Shown one piece after another: positions 10,345-20,010 of a stretch of DNA of 64,000 nucleotides. The notes beneath the pieces are model-generated. The model did not search any database and was not told the DNA's origin. It saw nothing but the letters and a program-made list of their open reading frames with translations. A program made the position numbers and the translations under genes. Each line of letters opens with the position of its first letter. Within the stretch, counting starts at the first letter, position 1. Source of the DNA: a virus (taxonomy: Duplodnaviria; Heunggongvirae; Uroviricota; Caudoviricetes); IMG/VR virus record IMGVR_UViG_3300035659_000001; one strand, written 5' to 3'.

Positions 10345-10584
10345 ATGTCTGATGTAACAAAGTATCTTGATGAAGTGACTGAGGCAGTAAATGAAGCAAA
10401 AAATAACTGCGTAATGTTTGTTGATGAAGGTATCATGTCTGCAGGATCAAATGCTCGTAAATCATTGATAACTGCAAGAAAGTCGATTAATGCATTGCGG
10501 AAAGTAATTCTTGCAAGCCAAAAAGAAACAAAGCAAGCAAGGAAAGCTGCAAAAATTGACAAATCAAAAAAGAAATCAGAATAA
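10345..10584 (+). CDS. Histone H1-like (Hc1 family) nucleoid protein
   Basis: 'SAGSNARKSLITARKSINALRKVI', basic tail; AAGGAG RBS. Confidence 0.65.
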   Translation: MSDVTKYLDEVTEAVNEAKNNCVMFVDEGIMSAGSNARKSLITARKSINALRKVILASQKETKQARKAAKIDKSKKKSE

Positions 10585-10593
10585 GAGGTTAAA

Positions 10594-10851
10594 ATGATAG
10601 TAAGACAAATAGGTGATTCTGCTTGTGGAGAATTAGTAGTTACACCTGATGACAAAATTGGTAGAGCTGATGCACGATTGGTTTCATTATTGACTAGAAT
10701 TAATCGAGTGATAAAAGGAACAGATTCTTTTTATCACTGCGAAGACGTGTTCAAAACTGGTGATCATACGATTTTGAAATTTGATTGGGCAAAGAAAGAT
10801 GAACTAATAAGGATTGTCAGATTGAATTCATTTTCTGTGACTACAAAATGA
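10594..10851 (+). CDS. Hypothetical protein
   Basis: GAGG RBS, operon. Confidence 0.7.
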   Translation: MIVRQIGDSACGELVVTPDDKIGRADARLVSLLTRINRVIKGTDSFYHCEDVFKTGDHTILKFDWAKKDELIRIVRLNSFSVTTK

Positions 10852-11075
10852 AAGAATTAACAAGAGCAGAAATTAGAAAACAAACAAGTATTTGGATACA
10901 ATTATTATTTGATAATAATTTGCATCCAAATACTGTTAATCATTATGCAGAACTTTTGTCTGAAGAAATTTATAATGTTGAAATAAAAGGTGATAAAATA
11001 ACTGATATAAAATTGAAATCACTGTTTAAAGATATTGAAGAAAAGGAAAAAGATAATGGAAGAGAAAAAAGCTGA
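10848..11075 (+). CDS. Hypothetical protein
   Basis: ATGA overlap. Confidence 0.7.
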   Translation: MKELTRAEIRKQTSIWIQLLFDNNLHPNTVNHYAELLSEEIYNVEIKGDKITDIKLKSLFKDIEEKEKDNGREKS

Positions 11076-11289
11076 AAAAACTGAAAGTATAACAATACCT
11101 CTGACTGACTACGTTTCAATTCAATTAACAACATTTGATGATGAAATAGCTGCCCAAGAAGTTATAAAGGCTCAAGCTAATTTAGCTATCGCTCAATTAA
11201 AGAAAAAGAAAACAGAAGCTATTATAAACTTTCATCATGATAGATTGACAAAGCAGATTGATGCTGGAAAAAAGAAAAAAGAAAATTAA
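11056..11289 (+). CDS. Hypothetical coiled-coil protein
   Basis: Overlapping operon ORF; ends in KKKEN. Confidence 0.65.
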   Translation: MEEKKAEKTESITIPLTDYVSIQLTTFDDEIAAQEVIKAQANLAIAQLKKKKTEAIINFHHDRLTKQIDAGKKKKEN

Positions 11290-11356
11290 TTATTTCTACT
11301 GCTCTTTAATAGAATATTTAAAAGTAATTATTGACATATAAGGATATAGAAAACTT

Positions 11357-11608
11357 ATGACAAACTTTGAAGATTCTTATGATCAAGACGGTGAGCTCTA
11401 TTTTGTTGATAGTTTTTCTGATGAAGAAGAATTTATTATTAATGATGATGAAGTAGATCCTGACATTGAAGACATAGTCAAGTTACATAATGAATGTATT
11501 GACGATGATGTTATTATTGACTGTGATGAAGACAGTGAATTTGACCAATCAGAATATGAAGAAGATTCTAGCCCTCAAAATTCCCAAGAAGATTACGAAA
11601 ATTTGTAA
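11357..11608 (+). CDS. Highly acidic small protein (DNA-mimic candidate)
   Basis: About 40% Asp/Glu, one Lys, no Arg in 83 aa. Confidence 0.7.
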   Translation: MTNFEDSYDQDGELYFVDSFSDEEEFIINDDEVDPDIEDIVKLHNECIDDDVIIDCDEDSEFDQSEYEEDSSPQNSQEDYENL

Positions 11609-11720
11609 TTACATTTCAAAAGCTTTTTAATCTTTTTATCTTTATTATTATAGTGTATTTATAATTTCTAAAATAATTAGCAATGCGATTGACATGTAAA
11701 CTTCTATAGGAGAATATTCT

Positions 11721-12488
11721 ATGTGGTCTTTTTCACCAAAAATTAATTACATAAAATATGGATGGAAACCTGATTTACCTGATCATAGAGATTTTGAATA
11801 TGCATTGCATTTTACTGCACCGGCAGTAATTCCCCAAACTGTTGATTTAAGAAAACAATGTTCAAAAGTAGAAGATCAAGGACAATTAGGCTCTTGCACT
11901 GCTAATGCTTTAGTAGGAAATTTAGAGCTTTTAGAAATCAAATCTGCAACTAGTTTTATTGATTTATCTCGTCTTTTTGTTTATTACAATGAAAGAGAAC
12001 TAGATTATACTACTTCTCAAGACAGTGGATCTTACTTAAGAACTGGTATCAAAACATTAGCGGCAAAAGGCATCTGTACTGAAAAAAGTTGGCCCTATGA
12101 TATAAAAAAATTTACAAATAAACCATTGCCAAAATGTTATCAAGAAGCATTATCTCATAAAATAACAAAATATGTTAGAATAAATACTCTTAATGAGATG
12201 CTTCAATGTTTAGCTGATGGTTATCCCTTTGTATTTGGTTTTACTGTATATGATTATTTTGAGTCTGCTGACATGGCAAATACAGGCATTTTACATATAC
12301 CAACAAAATATGAACAAGTTTTAGGTGGTCATGCAGTTATGGCTTGTGGATATGATCAATCAAAAAAGATGATACTTGCTCGTAATTCATGGGGCACATT
12401 ATGGGGATTAGAAGGATATTTTTGGATGCCATTTGATTATGTTTCAAATAGATCTTTATCTGACGATTTTTGGACAATAAGAAAGTAA
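11721..12488 (+). CDS. Papain-family (C1A) cysteine protease
   Basis: 'DQGQLGSCTANA', 'GGHAVMACGY', 'RNSWG..WG..GYF'. Confidence 0.93.
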   Translation: MWSFSPKINYIKYGWKPDLPDHRDFEYALHFTAPAVIPQTVDLRKQCSKVEDQGQLGSCTANALVGNLELLEIKSATSFIDLSRLFVYYNERELDYTTSQDSGSYLRTGIKTLAAKGICTEKSWPYDIKKFTNKPLPKCYQEALSHKITKYVRINTLNEMLQCLADGYPFVFGFTVYDYFESADMANTGILHIPTKYEQVLGGHAVMACGYDQSKKMILARNSWGTLWGLEGYFWMPFDYVSNRSLSDDFWTIRK

Positions 12489-12499
12489 TAGGAGAAAAT

Positions 12500-13822
12500 A
12501 TGTACAAACATTTTGCTCAAATTTGTAATGAGTTTTTAAAAATAGCTACGCCATGGTGGTCAGGTCAAACATTTATGCACCCAGAAACCAAGCATAGAGT
12601 TAAGTTTAAATCATTACCTATTGAAGAACAAAAAAGGTTAAATGATCTTCATAAAAAGACAACTCAAAAATTAGATGATAAAAGCAAATTACGTTCTATG
12701 AAAGAAGAAATGAAACAAAAGCGCAAGCAAGATCGTGAAGAAGAAAAAGTGCAAAAGCTTAAAAATATTAAACCAGAAACACATCCAAATTTTTTTACTG
12801 ATGATGGTACTCGTTTAGACACTACACATGGTATAAGAACTGGTTTTAAAGTTGTAAAAAATCCAGAATGGAATGCTAAAAAAGATGATAATTTTTATGC
12901 ACTTGATGTTAATCCTAAAACTAACAGGCAGACTTATTACTATACAGAAAATTACATGAAAAAGCATAAAAAAGTTAAGTTTGCTAATGTAAAGCGTTTT
13001 ATGGAGTTATTATCTGGAATTCGTGAAAAATATATGAAAGATTTAAAAAGTTCAGAATCAAGGCGAAGAACTTATTCAACAGCTATTGCTCTTGTTGACA
13101 AATGTGCAATGAGAGTTGGTAATAAAAAGAGTGAACAAAATGATGTTAGAGGTCTTCATAACTTAGAAGTAAAACACATGGATATTTCTGGTAATCAGAT
13201 AAGTCTTCATTATACTGGAAAAGACAAAGTTGAACAACATCATAAGTTTATTGTAGATGATACAATTAAAAACAACTTATTAGATTTAGTGAAGGACAAA
13301 GGACCTGAAGACTCTATTTTTACTTTTGAAAAATTAGGTCGTGTAAAAAGAATAACACCAAGATTTGTTAATAGATATTTAAAGAATGATTTAGGTTCTA
13401 ATGTCACTGTCCATAAATTTAGACATGCAAATGGTACTAGAATTGCAAAAGAGTATTTAGATGGTATAGATACAAATAAAATGACTACTAATGATGTTAA
13501 GTTGGTAATGAGTGATGCAATTAGTAAAGTAGCTGATTTTTTAGGTAATACACCAGTAGCAGCTAAAAAACATTATATTGATACTACAATTTTTGAAGAT
13601 TTTCTTAAGAAGGGAAATTTTAAAGTGAAACTAAAAGACGTGCTTAAAGGAGTAGCTTCTTCAAGTAATATGAAAAAGACAGCAAGTGATTCTTCTTTTG
13701 TATTTTCAGCAACATCAACTAATTCGTCTTTAACGTCTGAAGAGAAAAAATTTGCTGATGATATTAATGAAATTAAGCTTGAAGAGCTTCAACCTTATGA
13801 AGATCTTGAAAGTATTGATTAA
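12500..13822 (+). CDS. topIB: DNA topoisomerase IB with N-terminal EFxKxA/HP leader
   Basis: 'AMRVGN', 'YTGKDK', 'HKFRH', 'LGNTPVAAKKHYID'; GGAG RBS plus ATG 12500. Confidence 0.92.
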   Translation: MYKHFAQICNEFLKIATPWWSGQTFMHPETKHRVKFKSLPIEEQKRLNDLHKKTTQKLDDKSKLRSMKEEMKQKRKQDREEEKVQKLKNIKPETHPNFFTDDGTRLDTTHGIRTGFKVVKNPEWNAKKDDNFYALDVNPKTNRQTYYYTENYMKKHKKVKFANVKRFMELLSGIREKYMKDLKSSESRRRTYSTAIALVDKCAMRVGNKKSEQNDVRGLHNLEVKHMDISGNQISLHYTGKDKVEQHHKFIVDDTIKNNLLDLVKDKGPEDSIFTFEKLGRVKRITPRFVNRYLKNDLGSNVTVHKFRHANGTRIAKEYLDGIDTNKMTTNDVKLVMSDAISKVADFLGNTPVAAKKHYIDTTIFEDFLKKGNFKVKLKDVLKGVASSSNMKKTASDSSFVFSATSTNSSLTSEEKKFADDINEIKLEELQPYEDLESID

Positions 13823-13920
13823 ATTTGTAACAATTGACAAAAAATGACATATTATTATAATAATAATATACGGTAGTGATTATCGGAAGTGCTTTTGGAG
13901 TTGTCTAGTTGTAAATAGAA

Positions 13921-14340
13921 GTGTTGAAGAGAGAAGTTACTTTTGATATACTGATTTTGGCAATTATGAAAAAAGAAGAATTACAAAAGCTCATTAATTT
14001 AGCAATTAGCAAATGTAATGATTCTATAACAACTGATTGGTTAGCATATTGTATGCTCTCATCAGTTGATTTTGAAGTTTTAGATGAGAAAATTGTAGAA
14101 ATTAAAAAATCAATTAAGGACGGTATTCCGCCCGTCGGTCAAATATTATTAATTGACAACGACTTTTATGACAGTCAAAGTCAAAATTGGAAAGATGAAT
14201 ATCGATTAATATGTATAAATGAATTTTCAATTTGTATCGAAGAGATAATTGATATTAACTTTTTTGATGAAAATTTTGTTGTCATAAAAATCAGAAAAAT
14301 TTTTCTAAAATTTGATGATCCCGATAAAAACCTACAATAA
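13921..14340 (+). CDS. Hypothetical protein
   Basis: ORF; start uncertain. Confidence 0.55.
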   Translation: MLKREVTFDILILAIMKKEELQKLINLAISKCNDSITTDWLAYCMLSSVDFEVLDEKIVEIKKSIKDGIPPVGQILLIDNDFYDSQSQNWKDEYRLICINEFSICIEEIIDINFFDENFVVIKIRKIFLKFDDPDKNLQ

Positions 14341-14393
14341 TTTCTACTTTTCTCACCTATCTTGTAAATAAATTTTAACGTTTTGGAAAAATT

Positions 14394-15884
14394 ATGTATG
14401 TAAATGAGCAACAGAAGCGTGCCATTATAGATGTAATTAGTTTGCTCAAAAATCAGTTTGACATTAAAGATAATGATTCAACTGTTATTGATCAATCATT
14501 AAATGAAAAACAACTGCAAATTGATAAAAAAGATCAAGAATTAACTATAAAAGAAAATAAATTTAGACAGTTGACTAGCAAGGAACTTAATCAGATTAGA
14601 CAACATAAAAATAGTATAAGAAAGCAACAATTTGAAATTAAGCAACAATTAGAAGATATTAATAAAAAACTATACGCTTTATCGAGTCAAGAACAATCTG
14701 TAAAAAAAGCATTTGATGAATTAAAAGAAAAAGATCAAGAATTTTTTCAACAGCTTGAACAAATATCAGGTATTTCAAAAGATGATGCAATAAAATTACT
14801 TTGCTCTAAATTAGAAAATGAAGCGAGAATAAGAGCAAACAATATAATCAAACAAATTATTAATGAAGCTAATAATAATGCTCAAGTTGAAGCAAAAAAT
14901 ATTTTACTGTATGCAATTCAAAAAGAAGCAATTAATGTTGTTTCTGAATTTGCAACTTGCACAATTGATCTACCCAATGAAGCAATAAAGGGTAAGATTA
15001 TTGGTAGAGAAGGTCGAAATGTTAGGCTATTTGAAGAATTAACAGGTGTGTCAGTTATAATTGATGATTCACCTGAAATTGTTGTTTTATCGTGTTATGA
15101 TCCTATTAAAAGAGATATTGCTAAGATAGCAATGCAAAAATTAATTTCAGATGGCAGAATTCATCAAAAAAGAATTGAAGAAGTTATAGAGCAGGCAACA
15201 AAACAAATTGATGATGAAATGAAAAATGTTGCAATTAAGACGTTGAATAAATTTCAAATAGTTGATATTCATCCTGAAATTATAAAATTAATTGGCAAAT
15301 TGAAATATAGATCAAGCTATTCACAGAATGTGTTAGATCATAGTTGTGAAGTTGCATTTATTGCAGGTAATATTGCAGCAGAGTTAAAATTAGATAAAAA
15401 GTTATTAACAAGGGCAGGCCTACTTCATGATATTGGTAAATCAGTTGATAGATTATTGCCTGGGTCACACCCAGAGTTAGGTGCAGAAATTGCTAAAAAT
15501 TTTAGTGAATCAGATCAAATTTGTAAAATGATTGTTGAGCATCATGAAGAGAAAGTGACGTCTATAAATTCATGGATAATTAAAACAGCAGATGTTTTAT
15601 CATCTGCTAGACCGGGTGTTAGACAAGATACATTTGATACATATATAAAGAGATTGGAAGATTTAGAAAAAATAGCATTATCATTTAATGGAATAAAAAC
15701 AGCCTTTGCCATATCAGCAGGAAGAGAGTTAAGAATAATAGTCAATGCTGAACAAGTAAATGATTCAGACGTTAATGTGTTAGCAGAAAACATTAAAGAA
15801 AAAATTGAGAAGACAATGACATATCCTGGACAAATTAACGTTGTAGTAGTACGTGAGACAAAATGTTTTAAAATTGCAAACTAA
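14394..15884 (+). CDS. rny: Ribonuclease Y (coiled coil, KH, HD), lacking the N-terminal membrane anchor
   Basis: 'KGKIIGREGRNVR', 'DGRIHQKRIEE', 'SYSQNVLDHSCEV', 'GLLHDIGK', 'ADVLSSARPG', 'AISAGRELRIIV', 'YPGQINVVVVRE'. Confidence 0.95.
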   Translation: MYVNEQQKRAIIDVISLLKNQFDIKDNDSTVIDQSLNEKQLQIDKKDQELTIKENKFRQLTSKELNQIRQHKNSIRKQQFEIKQQLEDINKKLYALSSQEQSVKKAFDELKEKDQEFFQQLEQISGISKDDAIKLLCSKLENEARIRANNIIKQIINEANNNAQVEAKNILLYAIQKEAINVVSEFATCTIDLPNEAIKGKIIGREGRNVRLFEELTGVSVIIDDSPEIVVLSCYDPIKRDIAKIAMQKLISDGRIHQKRIEEVIEQATKQIDDEMKNVAIKTLNKFQIVDIHPEIIKLIGKLKYRSSYSQNVLDHSCEVAFIAGNIAAELKLDKKLLTRAGLLHDIGKSVDRLLPGSHPELGAEIAKNFSESDQICKMIVEHHEEKVTSINSWIIKTADVLSSARPGVRQDTFDTYIKRLEDLEKIALSFNGIKTAFAISAGRELRIIVNAEQVNDSDVNVLAENIKEKIEKTMTYPGQINVVVVRETKCFKIAN

Positions 15885-15930
15885 AAAGGAGGTTATGAAA
15901 GTATGTAATGTAAATTTGTAATTTAAACAA

Positions 15931-16716
15931 TTGTACAAGGAGGCTGTTTTGAAGAAATTAAAGATAATTCTTTTTATTGTAGTTTGTGCTTGCGTTACTT
16001 TTACAGTATATTATTTTATCACAGAGCTTGATACAAAGCTTGATGCATTAAAATTTATACAAATAAAACAACAGGAGGAACACGCAAAAACAAATCAGTT
16101 TTTGTTATCGACTATAGATTGGGCTACAAAACGACAAAAAATGATATTGTTTTCACGAGATATTATTTTCTGTGAACGAAAAAATGTTAAAAATTTCCCT
16201 GTAATGCCTCTAGAAGAAGCATACTTAATTGCAGAAAGTAATATTAGTGAATGTGAAAAATATGTAAATGTAAATCCGCTTGTACTACTTGCAATGCAAC
16301 GTTGCGAGTCATTTTTTAATAAAAAAGCAAAAAGTCCTGCAGGCGCTCTTGGTCTTAATCAGATAATGTCATCAACTGCAAAATTACTTAGTTCAGCAAT
16401 GCAATTAGATTATAATGATACGTTGTTATTTGATATTAAATATAGTGACAAACTTGCTGTTAAATATTTAGATGTGTTGTATACTACATATATGAGCACT
16501 GAATTAGCTTTAGCTGATTATAATGGCGGTCCAAGAGTTGCGTATTATTATAAAACAAAAAATGAATTGTTACCAAAAGAAACAGCAGAATATGTTCCTT
16601 GTGTAATTGACGCATGGAAAAATTATGAAAAATTATTTGAAGTATATAAAGTTGATTCAACACTTTTAAATCTTGACTCAACTTTGCGATTTAAAACGAT
16701 TAAAACCAAAGGATGA
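15931..16716 (+). CDS. Membrane-anchored lytic transglycosylase (SLT domain)
   Basis: N-terminal TM helix; 'ESFFNKKAKSPAGALGLNQIM', 'ALADYNGGP'. Confidence 0.88.
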   Translation: MYKEAVLKKLKIILFIVVCACVTFTVYYFITELDTKLDALKFIQIKQQEEHAKTNQFLLSTIDWATKRQKMILFSRDIIFCERKNVKNFPVMPLEEAYLIAESNISECEKYVNVNPLVLLAMQRCESFFNKKAKSPAGALGLNQIMSSTAKLLSSAMQLDYNDTLLFDIKYSDKLAVKYLDVLYTTYMSTELALADYNGGPRVAYYYKTKNELLPKETAEYVPCVIDAWKNYEKLFEVYKVDSTLLNLDSTLRFKTIKTKG

Positions 16717-17633
16717 TTAATATGAAAAAATTCAATGACGGCGAAATAATTTCAGCAATTGTTTTAATAAAATCAGTTGTAAAAGATACTGCAAAATCAG
16801 GCAATGATTATTTACGACTTGAAATCTATGACGGTCAATCTACTATAAATGCATTTGTCTGGGACACTTCAATTTATAATTTCAAAGAAGGCGAAGTCGT
16901 CAAATTAAAAGGTAAATATGGTACATATAATAACAAAGCAAAATTAGATGTGATTGACGTATCTAAAACAACTGAGAAATTAAAATTACCGTCATTGAAT
17001 TCTTCAGAAAAAGCTGACCTCATTAAAAGGTTTAATAAGCTACGAGAATTGATTATTGATGATGATTTCAAATCAATCTTTAGTTCTATATTTGATAATG
17101 AAAAAATATGGGAAATGTTTATAGCAGCACCTGCAGCAAAATCAAATCATCAAGCATATCTTGGAGGTCTACTTCAACATAGTGTTGAAGTAACTGAATT
17201 AGCTTATAATCTATACGAAAAAGACAAAGCAAATATAAATCTTAGTTTATTAATTACTGGTGCATTATTACATGACATTGGTAAAATAAAAGAATATATA
17301 TTTGATACTAAGATTGACAGGTCAACATCAGGTAAATTAGTAGGTCATACGTCACTTGGCTTATTAATCGTAGTCAATTTTTTACCTGAAGAAATACCTG
17401 TTAAAAAATCAACAGAATTGTTTCATTTAATTCTTTCTCATCATGGAAAACGAGAATGGGGCGCACCAATAGAACCTTTAATGAAAGAATCAGTTATCTT
17501 ACACAATTGTGATATGATTAATTCGTATAGTAGTAGATTTAATGAAGTGAAAGAACAAACAAATAACGAATTCTCTGAGTTTGACGAAATTTATAAAAGA
17601 AACTGGTATTTGTGGTCAAGTCATGAAAATTAG
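16713..17633 (+). CDS. yhaM: YhaM/Cbf1-type 3'-5' exoribonuclease (OB plus HD)
   Basis: 'GNDYLRLEIYDGQSTINAFVW', 'PAAKSNHQAYLGGLLQHS', 'LLHDIGK', 'SHHGKREWGAP', 'HNCD'. Confidence 0.9.
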   Translation: MINMKKFNDGEIISAIVLIKSVVKDTAKSGNDYLRLEIYDGQSTINAFVWDTSIYNFKEGEVVKLKGKYGTYNNKAKLDVIDVSKTTEKLKLPSLNSSEKADLIKRFNKLRELIIDDDFKSIFSSIFDNEKIWEMFIAAPAAKSNHQAYLGGLLQHSVEVTELAYNLYEKDKANINLSLLITGALLHDIGKIKEYIFDTKIDRSTSGKLVGHTSLGLLIVVNFLPEEIPVKKSTELFHLILSHHGKREWGAPIEPLMKESVILHNCDMINSYSSRFNEVKEQTNNEFSEFDEIYKRNWYLWSSHEN

Positions 17634-17769
17634 CTTTTTCTTTGCATTATATGATTTTTGGATTGGGTTGTTCTATGATAAGAAAAAACGAATAATCTAT
17701 GTGTGTTTAATACCTTGTTGCGTTATAAAAATAACTCGGATTGAAGCAGATAAGAAAAAAGAAAATTAA
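17623..17769 (+). CDS. Small hypothetical protein
   Basis: 'MKISFFFALYDFWIGLFYD...'; ends in KKKEN. Confidence 0.55.
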   Translation: MKISFFFALYDFWIGLFYDKKKRIIYVCLIPCCVIKITRIEADKKKEN

Positions 17770-17802
17770 TGTTTCTACTTCTTTTTAATAGAATAATAAT
17801 TT

Positions 17803-19416
17803 ATGTTAACATATAAATTGAAAATTAAAATTTGTAGCAATTCTAGTTATGTTTTTAAAATGCAGCAAGATTATTCTTTTGCTTTTAGAAAATTGTATTC
17901 TAATTTTGATAAAATTAAAGACAAAGATTTTATTAAAGAACTTTGTAATAAATATTCTTTAGATTCTTGGCAATTTGAGTCGTTGAGAACAGAAGTTGAG
18001 TCAAAAATTTCTAAAACAAATGCTTTAAAATTAAATAATATAAAACAGCAAGAAGAATGTTTAGAAGAATTAGAATTACTAAAAGAAAAAGCAGGAAAAA
18101 AAGTAAAAAGAAAGAAATTTAAGTTGCAGGATAAATTGAATAGGTTGAAGCAATTTAGTGATATTGTTTTTGGCAGTAAAGTGTTATTACGAAAGTTGTC
18201 TTTTTTGTGTAATGATAAATTAAATGAAGACGAGATTAAAAAAATAAAAGCCGAGTATCAAAACAAAAGAATTCTACCAATAACAATTGGAGGTGAGACA
18301 TATCATAAAGGTAATAGAAAGTTTGATTTTGAATTAGAAAACAATAAAATCATTTTTAAACCAGTTTACAAAACTAAAATACATGTTGAATTCATTTGTT
18401 CTAGCAAACAACACACTATTTTATTACAACTACAAAATTTAATTGATCAAAATAACATTTTACCTGTTACTATAAGATTGTCGACAGAATATATTTGGCT
18501 TATGTTTGATGAGGAGATATTGAATGGTTACGGTTTGAAAGAGAAAGAGTTAAAGCAAGAGTTGAAGTTAGTTGCAAAAGAATGTAAAGAGATGAGAAAA
18601 GAGATAGCGAAAAAGTATTATAGGGAGCAAGAAAGTAGAAAGTTAGTTGGTAAGATTGGAAATAGGTATTTAGCAATAGATTTGAATCCTGAGTATATTG
18701 GTTGGAGTGTTTGTGATAAGATTGATGAAGGAATGAAAGTAATTGAAAAATGTTGTTATGATTTGAAAGAGTTATCTAAAAAGCTAAACGTTGAATCTGC
18801 GCATCTTGATCAAATTTATCAGAACAATAAGAGAAAGCATGAAATTTGTTGCTTGATTAAAGATTTGTTTACAAAAGCTACTTATTATAGAGTAGCTTAT
18901 TTTTGTATAGAAGATTTGAATTTTAAGAGTCCAGTTGTAAATGAATTTAGTAAACAATTTAATAGTAAAGTAAAGAATATCTGGCATAGAAATTTGACGT
19001 GCAATTTGATAAAGAAGTATTGTAATTGTTTAGGCATACAAAAGATAGAAGTTAATCCAACTTACACAAGTTTTATTGGAAATATACAGTATGAATATTT
19101 TGATCCAATTAATGCTAGTTTAGAAATTTGTAGAAGAAGTATGTATAAGTTTGAAAAAGGTGCTTTCTTGCCAAAAGTAACTAAAGAAGATCTTGACACC
19201 ATGAGTAGATTGATTAGTGATGATCAGTTGAGGGATGTTCAAGATAAAATTGAGTTATTGAGAAAGTTAAAGTCTTTGAGTAGTTGGCGAGACTTTTTTA
19301 ATCTTTTCAAACAGATGGGAGTTAAGTACCGTCGATCGTTGAATGATTTTAAAAAATCATTTGAAAGATATAGTCTTTTTTCATTAAAAAGTAAAGTGCT
19401 TTTTTATATTTTTTAA
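17803..19416 (+). mobile_element. tnpB: TnpB-like (IS200/IS605/IS607 OrfB) RuvC nuclease, 537 aa, with no tnpA nearby
   Basis: RuvC-I 'YLAIDLNPEYIG', RuvC-II 'FCIEDLNF', 'EVNPTYTS', RuvC-III 'DPINASLEI'; 3' half is G-rich and C-poor relative to its flanks. Confidence 0.85.
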
Positions 19417-19450
19417 TAAAATTGATACTTAATAGTGTTGAAATAACTTT

Positions 19451-19837
19451 ATGACTGAAACAGCTAGAAAAAAATTTAATAGTGTTGAAATAATTAGGAA
19501 ATATAATAAAATCAGCCTTGAATTGTCGAAGCACTATATAAAATTTCTATTATTTCAAAACAATAAAAAGCCAGTTATCTGTACAGGCAAAATTGTTAAC
19601 GTTCAACGTTTGCGAGCAACAGCTGAAAAATTTAATTATATTTTAACTATAAGAAATTATAAAACAAAAAAACATTTTGCTCGTAGACAATATGTACCAT
19701 TAAAAAATATACGAATATATGAAAAAAACTTTTTACAATTTATTAACTCAGACAAAGTTCTTATGAATTTTTTTCAAAATCATTTAATTCTAGAAGAACA
19801 ACAACAATTAACCAAGTTCGATTTTTTAACCATGTGA
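19451..19837 (+). CDS. Hypothetical basic protein
   Basis: 128-aa ORF. Confidence 0.55.
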   Translation: MTETARKKFNSVEIIRKYNKISLELSKHYIKFLLFQNNKKPVICTGKIVNVQRLRATAEKFNYILTIRNYKTKKHFARRQYVPLKNIRIYEKNFLQFINSDKVLMNFFQNHLILEEQQQLTKFDFLTM

Positions 19838-20010
19838 TGAGGGTTGTCGTGTATGACAGGTTCGCGATGTCAGAAACTGTTTAAATATTATTATATGGGT
19901 AACTGATAAGTAGTAGTATTATTCATTATATATTGAATCAATACAAAAAACTTAACTCTTATCACATGGTTTTTCTTATAAAATCTTGTACAAGATAAAG
20001 GACTACAATA

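Noticed and set aside
12500-13822. Tyrosine integrase/recombinase
   Set aside because: Motifs (MRVGN, YTGKDK, LGNTPVAAKKHYI) are specific to topoisomerase IB; no att context seen
14336-14352. AATTTCTACT resembling the Cas12a repeat 3' end (TTTCTACT also at about 11293 and 17772)
   Set aside because: No closing GTAGA hairpin, no regular spacers, and copies are kilobases apart; not a CRISPR array
19833-19890. tRNA-like sequence (GGTTCG) in a GC-richer island
   Set aside because: No acceptor stem, D-arm or cloverleaf could be folded; only a short TGTC/GACA hairpin
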